Of a stretch of 44,672 nucleotides of DNA, positions 9,776-17,996 are shown piece by piece; position 1 is the first letter of the stretch; every line of letters begins with the position of its first letter. The notes beneath the pieces were generated by a model. It had not been told where the DNA came from. It saw only the letters and a program-made list of their open reading frames with translations, and did not search any database. The stretch is taken from assembly GCA_944371315.1 (NCBI GenBank), contig CALVXN010000005.1:1-44672 (forward strand), read 5' to 3'. The translations under genes were made by a program, and so were the position numbers. The stretch comes from an uncultured Bacilli bacterium. Lineage in GTDB: Bacteria; Bacillota_I; Bacilli_A; RF39; UBA660.

Positions 9776-10600
9776 ATGAAAAAAAATATTATTTACTTGA
9801 CAATACTTGGACTACTATTTCTTATTTTTAAAAATTATAATATTGTTTTAGAAAGCTCTATTACTGCTGTAAATTTATGGCTATATAAAGTTTTCCCTTT
9901 TCTTTTTATAATGATTATAATAAATGACTTATTAATTAATCTTGATTTTCAATCATTATTTAAAAATACAAGTATTTATATATTTATTATGTCTTTATTA
10001 AGTGGTAGTCCTACTTCTGCAGTTATAATATGTAATTTATATAAAAATAATAAAATAACTAAAAATAATGCTAATGTTACTCTTTTATTTACTTACTTTG
10101 CTAATCCTTTATTTTTATGGACTATCTTAAATTCTATTTTTAATTCTAAAATAATTTCTATTAAACTTATTTTAATTCATTATATATCTAATCTAATTAT
10201 ATATTTTATAGTAAAGAAAAAACTAGATAAATCAATTACTTATAATAATAAGATAAATATTAATATATCTAGTTCCATTAAAAAAGCAATGACTACAACT
10301 ACTATGGTTCTAGGGGCCATTACTTTTTATCTAATTATTAGTAATATATTATCTTTAAATTTATTATTTAAAGGTTTACTTGAAATGACTCAAGGTTTAA
10401 ATGCTTTAATTAATTATAATTCTTATTTTAAAGAGCTTTTAGCAATTCTTTTCATATCCTTTGGGGGTTTATCTATCCATACCCAAGTTAAATGCATTTT
10501 AGATGAAGAAAATATCTCTTATAAATATTTTTTAAAGGGAAGAATTATGCAAACATTAATTGCATTAGGACTTATTATATTAACTAGTGCATGGATCTGA
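9776..10600 (+). CDS. ylbJ: Sporulation integral membrane protein YlbJ-like
   Basis: LW..VFP.LF, SLLSG.PTSA, F.NP.F, GLLEMTQG, FGGLSIH.QV motifs; hydrophobic. Confidence 0.75.
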   Translation: MKKNIIYLTILGLLFLIFKNYNIVLESSITAVNLWLYKVFPFLFIMIIINDLLINLDFQSLFKNTSIYIFIMSLLSGSPTSAVIICNLYKNNKITKNNANVTLLFTYFANPLFLWTILNSIFNSKIISIKLILIHYISNLIIYFIVKKKLDKSITYNNKININISSSIKKAMTTTTMVLGAITFYLIISNILSLNLLFKGLLEMTQGLNALINYNSYFKELLAILFISFGGLSIHTQVKCILDEENISYKYFLKGRIMQTLIALGLIILTSAWI

Positions 10601-11173
10601 TGGTGAAGAACATGTTGCTCCAAGACAATTTATATTTGTGGTTACTAAATCATCAAGTTTCCCAATATAATTTATTATGATATCATCAAGAGTATTATTA
10701 TTACATAATTTATTCTTTTCATTAGTTGTATGTATTTCTATATCTATTGATAAACTATAATAATTTTTTCCAGAAGCATTATTGTCCTTCATATAATATA
10801 CATTTGCTTTTTTTGTGTATATTGTTCCACCTTCAATATTCCATGCTCTACTTTCACCATCACTATCAGTATATTTTATCTTTTTTTCTTCTGCTTCTAT
10901 TTTAGAACTAGTTCTATCAGTAAATTCAATATTAATAACTAGTTTAGTTTCATTACTTCCAGAATCATTTATACTAGCTATATTTTTATTATTTAAGTCA
11001 TTTCCTATCATTCTAAGTATTTCTGCTCTATTTATTTGATTATCCTTAGCATATGTATTATTTGCCTCAGCATCATTTAAATCTATTAATAACTTTATCA
11101 TAAATAATAACACAACAGAAATTAATGCAATACTTATTATTAATTCAGCAAGGGTAGTTCCTTTTTTATTCAT
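10580..11173 (-). CDS. Type IV pilin/pseudopilin-like protein
   Basis: Class III signal MNKKG|TTLAELIISIALISVVLLFM with Glu at +5; several C-terminal Cys. Confidence 0.8.
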   Translation of the reverse strand: MNKKGTTLAELIISIALISVVLLFMIKLLIDLNDAEANNTYAKDNQINRAEILRMIGNDLNNKNIASINDSGSNETKLVINIEFTDRTSSKIEAEEKKIKYTDSDGESRAWNIEGGTIYTKKANVYYMKDNNASGKNYYSLSIDIEIHTTNEKNKLCNNNTLDDIIINYIGKLDDLVTTNINCLGATCSSPSDPCTS

Positions 11174-11175
11174 GA

Positions 11176-12072
11176 CTAACCTCCGATTATATATGGATCC
11201 ATTTCTGATCCACTACCACTAATATATCTATTACTATTACTTAATACTACAACTGGTCTAACACTATATGTATTAGTTATTTCACCAGATGCAACATTCC
11301 CACTAGTATCTATATAAAAGAAATTTTTTATATTATTAAAGTCTCTTACCATTGTCCACATATTAGGTACATTTTTAAGCCAGTTATTTGCAGTATTATA
11401 TTCATTTACTTTTTTAACCCAATCACCTGGTGCTGCAGCATAAGCATAATCACTTATATATAAAAGACCAACTTTACTATATACTGCTCCATATGCATTA
11501 CTATTTTCACCTAGCTCTAAGCTATATACCCCATTAGCAGTTAAATCTAATTTTATATCTTCATCACTTGGCACATACCAATAATTATTATCTATTGCAT
11601 CTTCAACATCTACCAATGTATTTAAATATTCATCAGTTAAATAATCAGTATATAAATTACTTGTTACATAATCATTTTTATTATTATCAGTATATGTTCT
11701 AGTTGTAATAGCTTCATTTCTAATTATTTTTACTTTCCCATTAATTACACCAATTATTCGCCATAACTCATTATTGAATTTTACATAATTACTTGGATTA
11801 GATCCACTATATCTATAATTATTATCATTTGCTCCATTTGTTAAATCAGCATCATGATAATAAAGTCCATTTTCTCCGTCAGTAGTATATACTTCATTTA
11901 TTATATAACTAGCAAAACTACTAATAGCAATTTCATCTTTTATTTTTTCTTTTATTCCATTTAATAGTGTTCTATTACTTACTAAATTATTTACTATAAA
12001 TAAAAGCATTAATAAAAATACTAAAAAAAATGAATAAACTGTTGTTGTTGAAATAAAACCTTTTTTATTCAT
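11176..12072 (-). CDS. Minor-pilin-like protein (no Glu+5) fused to a DUF6273/CLec-like domain
   Basis: MNKKG|FISTTTVYSFFLVFLLMLL N-terminus; YRYSG.NP.NYV, WRIIG, VGL.Y.SDY.YA, NNWL, WTM, YSVRPV, GSG...DPY motifs shared with 12926-14536. Confidence 0.7.
   Translation of the reverse strand: MNKKGFISTTTVYSFFLVFLLMLLFIVNNLVSNRTLLNGIKEKIKDEIAISSFASYIINEVYTTDGENGLYYHDADLTNGANDNNYRYSGSNPSNYVKFNNELWRIIGVINGKVKIIRNEAITTRTYTDNNKNDYVTSNLYTDYLTDEYLNTLVDVEDAIDNNYWYVPSDEDIKLDLTANGVYSLELGENSNAYGAVYSKVGLLYISDYAYAAAPGDWVKKVNEYNTANNWLKNVPNMWTMVRDFNNIKNFFYIDTSGNVASGEITNTYSVRPVVVLSNSNRYISGSGSEMDPYIIGG
11851..11917. repeat. Homologous block shared with 13811-13877
   Basis: 58/67 nt identical; encodes FASYIINEVYT(T/A)DGENGLYYHD (21/22 aa identical). 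Confidence 0.85.
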
Positions 12073-12080
12073 AGCTTCAC

Positions 12081-12665
12081 CTACAAACCTAATGATACAA
12101 AATAATTACGACAATTTGTATCAACTCTTGGAGTGCATTTAGTAATTTTACCATCACTATCTACTTTTTCACTATATTCAACTACTAAATAATAATCATG
12201 TTTTGTATCATTTATTGATTTAATATAATTTGTTAAGTTATATGCATTATCTGTTGCATTAAAATAACATTTACCTGATGTTTCACTTCCATCACATTCA
12301 TCTATATAATTTCTTTTAACTAAAAACATTTGATTAACCTTAAAATTATTTAATATATTTTCTAACGTATTATTCATATTTTCCGCTAATTGTGCTTCAT
12401 TAAAAAAGTTATCAAATGCATTTCCTATTGACGTTACATATGATTTTTTAAATGCTTCACTTTTAACATATTCAATATTAGCGTTTTCTTCTAAAAATCT
12501 TTTTATATAATTAGTTTTATAGATATATGCTACATCATCATAATACACTCTTGTTTCTTCTTTATCAATTATATTATTGTAAGAATTATATAAATATAAT
12601 AAAGAAGTCGACAAAACAAGAACTGTAACAATAGTTTCAATAAATACAAAACCTTTATTTTTCAT
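12081..12665 (-). CDS. Type IV pilin/pseudopilin-like protein
   Basis: Class III signal MKNKG|FVFIETIVTVLVLSTSLLYL with Glu at +5; two Cys pairs. Confidence 0.78.
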   Translation of the reverse strand: MKNKGFVFIETIVTVLVLSTSLLYLYNSYNNIIDKEETRVYYDDVAYIYKTNYIKRFLEENANIEYVKSEAFKKSYVTSIGNAFDNFFNEAQLAENMNNTLENILNNFKVNQMFLVKRNYIDECDGSETSGKCYFNATDNAYNLTNYIKSINDTKHDYYLVVEYSEKVDSDGKITKCTPRVDTNCRNYFVSLGL

Positions 12666-12883
12666 TATATCCCTACTTTAATAATTATTTTATTTTTTTC
12701 TACTAATATATTATATTAACTATATTATCAATAGAATATGTTGGAGTATTGAAAGTTTAAATTTAGCAACAAGTCCTTTAACACTAATTAATTTTAAGAA
12801 CATTTAATACTGTTCTTTGCTTTTAAAGCCATACCAACGATAAAATTAAATGCTTATTTATTATTTTTTGTTGATAAGTCCGA

Positions 12884-12910
12884 CCACGTCGGTTTGAGAT
12901 GCCGACGTGG
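12884..12910. promoter_or_regulatory. GC-rich hairpin/cruciform 15 nt downstream of the putative DGR target gene
   Basis: Perfect 9-bp stem ccacgtcgg/ccgacgtgg with a 9-nt loop; no U-tract follows it on the coding (minus) strand. Confidence 0.7.
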
Positions 12911-12925
12911 CCTTTTTTAGGTTTC

Positions 12926-14536
12926 TCACACCGCAATTCTAAATGGCGAATCCTTTGTCCCATTTCCACTGGCATACGGGATATTAGACTTCAGATAAAA
13001 GACAGGCCTAACAGAATAGCCATTATACGCGTAGCTAGTGTAGAGATTGCCGTTATAATTAAAGTTAAACACATCGCTGGAGGCGGACGAATTCGGGGTC
13101 ATTGTCCATTCATATAATCCCATATATAGCCAATTATTTTCCTTTATTGTTAATGAACTATATGAATTTAAATTTGTTTTCCATGCATCAGAATAAGCTG
13201 CATATCCATAATCACTTACATACATTAATCCTATTTTTGTAGAATTACCATTTGCATTTTCTGGTCCATATGTTGTTGGATTACTTCCATATCCTGAATT
13301 ATTTCTCTCACCCGTATAAAAACTTTTTGCTGTATTACTAGAAGATGTCATCCCCCCCAAATGCCATGTTGAATCCTCTATCATATCACTCCATGAATTT
13401 CCTAAATAAGATATATAATTTGTATTTAAATTTATTTTATTTAATTCACTTGTTGTCCAATTATTTGATCCATATGAACTTACACTTTTATCATAATTCC
13501 ATCTATATGCCACAATCGTGCTTGTATCCATACTTCCTTTATAATTTGAAGTTGAAGATGTATAATTTCCTTTATAATCTCTTCCATTAATTCCAAGCAT
13601 TGCGCTTGTTGTATAATCTGCTTTTATTAATTTAACATTATATTCTCCATCATTATCTTCATCAAAGACACCAATTATACGATACAAATATTCATCTGGG
13701 CAAGTATCAGCATCACTTCCAAAACACACATAATTATTTGGATTAGCCCCACTATATCGATACGAATTATCACCAGCTTCTTGATCTGCATTTGTGTAGT
13801 CACCTACTCCATCATGATAATATAATCCATTTTCTCCATCAGCAGTATAAACCTCATTAATAATATAACTTGCAAAAGTTTTATATTCATCTTTCTTTAA
13901 TAATATAGATGCATTTAAACTTTTTCCACCATTTTCATGTTGGTTTGTTTCTAAATTTATAAATGTTACTTTAAATGTCCAATTTTGAATAGTTGGATTA
14001 GTGCTACTACTAGATGATATTTCATAAAGCGATGCAACATTATATAAATCATCAGCTGTTGTAATATCAAAGCCAGTAACTGTTGAACCATCAGCATTAG
14101 TTGCTGTAACATAATTAAGGCCACTTAAACTAGTAATTTCTTCTCCTAAAGGATTAGTAATAGTTAATACTATTTCTGGTGTTTTTTCTGGAGTAGTATA
14201 AACATAATTATTAGAATTTATTCGAAAATAAACATAATAATTATATGTTGCAGTCTTATTGGTTGAATTAGCAACTAAACTAGCAGTCCCTGTTGCTTGA
14301 TCTGATAAACCACTTCCACCTTCAGTAACATTAAATTGTGTTGGATTTAAATCAATTTCTTTATCTACACTAAATTTTAAATTATCTGTTGTATCTGCAC
14401 CTATATTTACATTACCTGTTGCTCCCCCAGATATTTGAGCAATTACATAAGCAAAAGATACACCAATAAATAAAATTAAAAGTAAAGATAAAAGTAATAT
14501 TTTTTTGTTTTTTAAATATGTTTTTACCTTGTTCAT
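12926..14536 (-). CDS. Secreted/surface protein with SipW-type signal peptide and C-terminal DUF6273/CLec-like domain; candidate DGR target
   Basis: Hydrophobic N-terminus ending GVSFAY; C-terminus WTMTP...NGN......NGYSVRPVFYL...G.GT...PF. Confidence 0.75.
   Translation of the reverse strand: MNKVKTYLKNKKILLLSLLLILFIGVSFAYVIAQISGGATGNVNIGADTTDNLKFSVDKEIDLNPTQFNVTEGGSGLSDQATGTASLVANSTNKTATYNYYVYFRINSNNYVYTTPEKTPEIVLTITNPLGEEITSLSGLNYVTATNADGSTVTGFDITTADDLYNVASLYEISSSSSTNPTIQNWTFKVTFINLETNQHENGGKSLNASILLKKDEYKTFASYIINEVYTADGENGLYYHDGVGDYTNADQEAGDNSYRYSGANPNNYVCFGSDADTCPDEYLYRIIGVFDEDNDGEYNVKLIKADYTTSAMLGINGRDYKGNYTSSTSNYKGSMDTSTIVAYRWNYDKSVSSYGSNNWTTSELNKINLNTNYISYLGNSWSDMIEDSTWHLGGMTSSSNTAKSFYTGERNNSGYGSNPTTYGPENANGNSTKIGLMYVSDYGYAAYSDAWKTNLNSYSSLTIKENNWLYMGLYEWTMTPNSSASSDVFNFNYNGNLYTSYAYNGYSVRPVFYLKSNIPYASGNGTKDSPFRIAV
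12968..13102 (-). other. Putative DGR variable region (VR)
   Basis: 45 consecutive codons (ATG 13102 to AGT 12968) with no A at position 3; about 46% GC over 12881-13100 versus about 26% in the next 100 nt of the same gene; many codons derivable from AAY. Confidence 0.75.
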
Positions 14537-14626
14537 ATTATTACCTACCTTACTATAAAAATGATAACAAAAAATTACTTAAAAAGCAATTATAAAATAA
14601 CAACATATAATACTGTAGGTGATAAT

Positions 14627-14812
14627 ATGTATCCATGTGGAAAAAGACCTGGTGGAGGTCTTACAATACTTATTTTATTTGTCTTAGCTATCCTTATTTT
14701 TTATCAATTAATTATTACTTTAATTCTTCCTTTTAGATGGAATATATTTGTTTTATGTTTAGAAGTTTTTTTATTTTTCTTCTTCTTGGGAAGAATAATA
14801 TGGCCTTATTAA
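14627..14812 (+). CDS. Small membrane protein (61 aa); start revised to ATG 14627
   Basis: SD AGGTGA upstream of the ATG; MYPCGKRPGGG followed by hydrophobic stretches. The 3' end overlaps the convergent gene. Confidence 0.45.
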   Translation: MYPCGKRPGGGLTILILFVLAILIFYQLIITLILPFRWNIFVLCLEVFLFFFFLGRIIWPY

Positions 14813-15667
14813 TTCTTCTGTTTTAAATACATAATCTATTACTTTATTATTTTCCTTACATTTTAAAAATTCACTATCTGCATTTTTTATTTCTGGGGGT
14901 AATGTAATTAATATAAAAAGTAATTTTTTTTCATGTTCTAGCAAAGGAAATTTATGTAAATACCTTTCTAATCCTTCAGCAAAATGAATATTTAAATATT
15001 CATTTTTATAAAGTTTTACTAAATCTATTATTGGAGTATCTATTAAATAATCATCCCAACTTATTAATACTTCCCTTTCCCCTCTTAAATAATGATCTAG
15101 TGATAAATTATTATGAACTACAGCTACTCTAATTTTAGTCTCTCCTTTTATTAATTCATACCACTCATCTAATTCTTGTTCGCAAAAATCTAATGCTGCA
15201 TTAATTTTATAAAAGTTACGCATAAGTTGATAATTAGATGGAGACATATAAACTTCACTAAAACCCATTTCATATAAAGTATCATAGTAGTTTTTTAAAT
15301 AACTTATATTACTTTTTATATCTTCATATATAGCTTTATACGTATCTTCACTTACTTCTTTAAAATAACTAGTTTTATTATGCAAACTGGCAATAATATC
15401 TATTATATCATCAGCCATTTGTTCTTTTGGCATTCTTATACTATCTACATATTCAAATACATTAACTTCATCTCTTGATGCATCAATTAATTTAGGAAAA
15501 TTCATAAAACCCCTACTTATTAAGTAATTGTATAATTCACTTATATCTTTTTTCTTAGGCTTTATAATAAAATCCCCACTTGTTGTTTCAAGCAATGTTG
15601 CTTTTCCTTTTAATGTATATCTATAAGGCTTATAAATTGATTTTAATACTTCTAAGCTTTTATTCAT
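14771..15667 (-). CDS. Spore coat protein, YsxE/CotS-like kinase fold
   Basis: IASLHNKTS and VVHNNLSLDH (degenerate catalytic loop), LISWD; directly downstream of a spoVID-like gene, as in Bacillus spoVID-ysxE. Confidence 0.7.
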   Translation of the reverse strand: MNKSLEVLKSIYKPYRYTLKGKATLLETTSGDFIIKPKKKDISELYNYLISRGFMNFPKLIDASRDEVNVFEYVDSIRMPKEQMADDIIDIIASLHNKTSYFKEVSEDTYKAIYEDIKSNISYLKNYYDTLYEMGFSEVYMSPSNYQLMRNFYKINAALDFCEQELDEWYELIKGETKIRVAVVHNNLSLDHYLRGEREVLISWDDYLIDTPIIDLVKLYKNEYLNIHFAEGLERYLHKFPLLEHEKKLLFILITLPPEIKNADSEFLKCKENNKVIDYVFKTEELIRPYYSSQEEEK

Positions 15668-16346
15668 TTATTTCTGGAATAATTATTTTATCTCCAACAG
15701 ATACTTTACTTATATCATTGTATTCTTCTAAAATTGATGTATTAGTATTATATTTTGCACAAATAGAATCTATTGTATCATTACTTTGCATGATATGAAT
15801 ATTATAAGTTATAAAAGATTCTTCTTTTTCTAATGTAGAACTTATAACTGTTTCTTTTTCTTCTTCTGATACAGTATCTCTTTGTTCTTCAATATCTTCT
15901 TTTTCTTCCATTTTTTCTTCTATCACTTCATCATTCCTTTCTTCCTTTTCTTCTAAATCAATATTATCTAACATATCTTCTAAAGTTTCATTTGCATCCT
16001 CAACACTTTCAAACACTTCTTCTTTTAATAAATTTGCTTTTATACTATATTCAATATTTACTTTTAACGTATTTTTATCTATTAATTCATAAGTAAAATC
16101 TTCAATAGCAAAATCTAGAGAATCAGTATCTATTTTATTAGTTAAATCAACTGAAAATGGTAAAACTTTCTCAAAATTTTCCTTATTTACACTTACCTCA
16201 TGAGTTTTATATTCTCCTGATACTATAAAGTTACCTAAAACACCTGATTCATTAACTGTGTATTCATGTTCTAATGAAATACTTAATATTTCACTAATAT
16301 TTGATGAAAATTTAATATCTTTAGTAAAAGGTATAGTTAAATTCAT
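15660..16346 (-). CDS. spoVID: Stage VI sporulation protein D-like (SpoVID N-terminal domain, acidic linker, LysM)
   Basis: EILSISL, G...SGEY, DFTYEL N-domain; Glu-rich linker; C-terminal LysM (DTIDSICAKY...N....GDKIIIP). Confidence 0.7.
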   Translation of the reverse strand: MNLTIPFTKDIKFSSNISEILSISLEHEYTVNESGVLGNFIVSGEYKTHEVSVNKENFEKVLPFSVDLTNKIDTDSLDFAIEDFTYELIDKNTLKVNIEYSIKANLLKEEVFESVEDANETLEDMLDNIDLEEKEERNDEVIEEKMEEKEDIEEQRDTVSEEEKETVISSTLEKEESFITYNIHIMQSNDTIDSICAKYNTNTSILEEYNDISKVSVGDKIIIPEINE

Positions 16347-16364
16347 TTTATCCTCCTTGCTAAA

Positions 16365-16392
16365 ATACTATGTATTTTTTAAAAATTTATGA
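16365..16392 (-). promoter_or_regulatory. Possible sigma-E promoter of spoVID-ysxE
   Basis: Minus strand TCATAAA-N13-CATAGTAT resembles the Bacillus sigma-E consensus. The AT-rich background lowers specificity. Confidence 0.35.
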
Positions 16393-16421
16393 TATAATAT
16401 AATGCATTCGTGGGGGTTGTC

Positions 16422-17192
16422 ATGAAAGAGATTAAAAAAAGTGAACTTTTAAGTTATCCTGAATTTAGTGAATCTATTTATTGGAGTCAAAAAAATACTT
16501 TATATAAAATATGTAAATTATTACCAGTTGAACATGAACGAATAGAATTTCTAAAATTTATTTATAAATTAGATATTCCAGGTTTAATTAAGCCATTAGA
16601 TTTATTAAGTAATGAAAAAATATATGGTTATGAAATGCCTTATGTTGATGGGACTACCGTAGATAAAGTCTTAGTTGCCTCAACTACCGATATTAACGTA
16701 ATACAGATAATTAAAGAAATGTTTAATATCTTGGGTAAAATACATGAACATTTCATTTATGGTGATATTAGATGTTCCAATATTATGATTTCTAATAATT
16801 TACCATTGTTTATTGATTAGGATTCTGGAAAACCTTTAAATTCCAATTATTGGGTTGTTTCATATTATAATTTATTCATTAAAAGGCAATATGGAGCTAA
16901 TAAGCTTGAAGATATCGCTAAATTATATATTTGTGCATTATCATTACTCTATCAAATTGATATAGAACTATTTGTTATGCGTTATGGTCCATATGCTTTA
17001 AGAGATTTCTTAACTGATGCTAATGTTAATAGCGAAATTGTTAATGCATTAAATATTTTGATTAGGGTTTATGAAGAAGAAAAAGATTCAACAAATTATG
17101 ATTTTATTGAAATGTTTTCAATTATTAATTTACCTTCTAGTAAAGAAAAAGAATTAATTAGAGCCAGATTAAATCCTTTTATTAGAAAATAA
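16422..17192 (+). pseudogene. Minimal protein-kinase-like gene, copy 1, with an in-frame TAG at 16818-16820
   Basis: ORFs 16410-16820 and 16977-17192 are in the same frame. FID*DSG aligns with FIDWDFG/FIDWDLG of the paralogues; catalytic loop HFIYGDIRCSN. Confidence 0.8.
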
Positions 17193-17209
17193 CTATTTAG
17201 GAGAATGAA

Positions 17210-17980
17210 ATGAAAGAAATTGATAGAAGAATTATTGAAACATTTCCAAAGTTTTCAAAAGATATTTATTGGAGCATGGATAGAACTTTATATAAAATAT
17301 GTAAATTTGATTTATCTACATTAAATAGAATTAATTTTTTAAAATATGTTTATGGATTAGATAATGTTCCTGGTTTAAATTTACCATTAAGTTTATTATA
17401 TGATGATGAAATTTACGGCTATGAAATGGCTTATATAAATGGTTCATGTAACATTGATGAGTATATATCGGTATCAAATAAAGATAAAGATGTAAGAAAG
17501 ATTATATCAAGTATATTTGAAGCATTAAAAGAAATTCATAAATATTTTATATTTATAGATGTTCGCAATTCAAATATTTTAGTTAAAGATAATAGTGCTA
17601 TATTTATTGACTGGGATTTTGGAATTATTAAAGGGACAGAAGATTATGCAAGATCTTATTATCGGGTATTAACAAGAAAATATATAGGAACTGTTTTAGA
17701 AGATTTAGTAAAAGCTTTTATTAGTGCTTTATCCCTACTATATCATTGTGATATTGAATTTTTTATGACAACTCATAATTTATTTGATTTACAAAGTTTA
17801 TTAGAAAGTATAAATGCCGATAAAGAAATTATTCATTGTGTAAAATTATTTACTGGATTGTATGTTTATGATGAAAGAGTTAAAGATTTTGACTTTACAA
17901 ATATGTTTTTAAATGTTAATTTACCAACTAAAAAAGAAAAAGAATTAATTAGAGAAAGGATTCGTCATATTAGAAAATAA
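17210..17980 (+). CDS. Minimal protein-kinase-like protein, copy 2
   Basis: LYKI (beta3 Lys), YGYEM hinge, IH....DVRNSN catalytic loop, IDWDFG metal-binding motif. Confidence 0.75.
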   Translation: MKEIDRRIIETFPKFSKDIYWSMDRTLYKICKFDLSTLNRINFLKYVYGLDNVPGLNLPLSLLYDDEIYGYEMAYINGSCNIDEYISVSNKDKDVRKIISSIFEALKEIHKYFIFIDVRNSNILVKDNSAIFIDWDFGIIKGTEDYARSYYRVLTRKYIGTVLEDLVKAFISALSLLYHCDIEFFMTTHNLFDLQSLLESINADKEIIHCVKLFTGLYVYDERVKDFDFTNMFLNVNLPTKKEKELIRERIRHIRK

Positions 17981-17996
17981 CGAATTGAGGTGTTTT

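Noticed and set aside
11176-11400. 3' end of the 298-aa paralogue as the template repeat for the VR
   Set aside because: Only protein-level similarity. It is coding, AT-rich, and differs from the VR at many non-A positions.
12899-13117. 72-aa plus-strand ORF over the GC-rich island
   Set aside because: It is antisense to the VR. The absence of stops is explained by local GC richness and codon bias on the other strand, and it has no clear SD.
16818-16820. TAG reassignment or alternative genetic code
   Set aside because: TAG is a normal stop here: Rpn copy 2 ends in TAG at the position where copy 1 ends in TAA. Trp is encoded by TGG and TGA also terminates genes.
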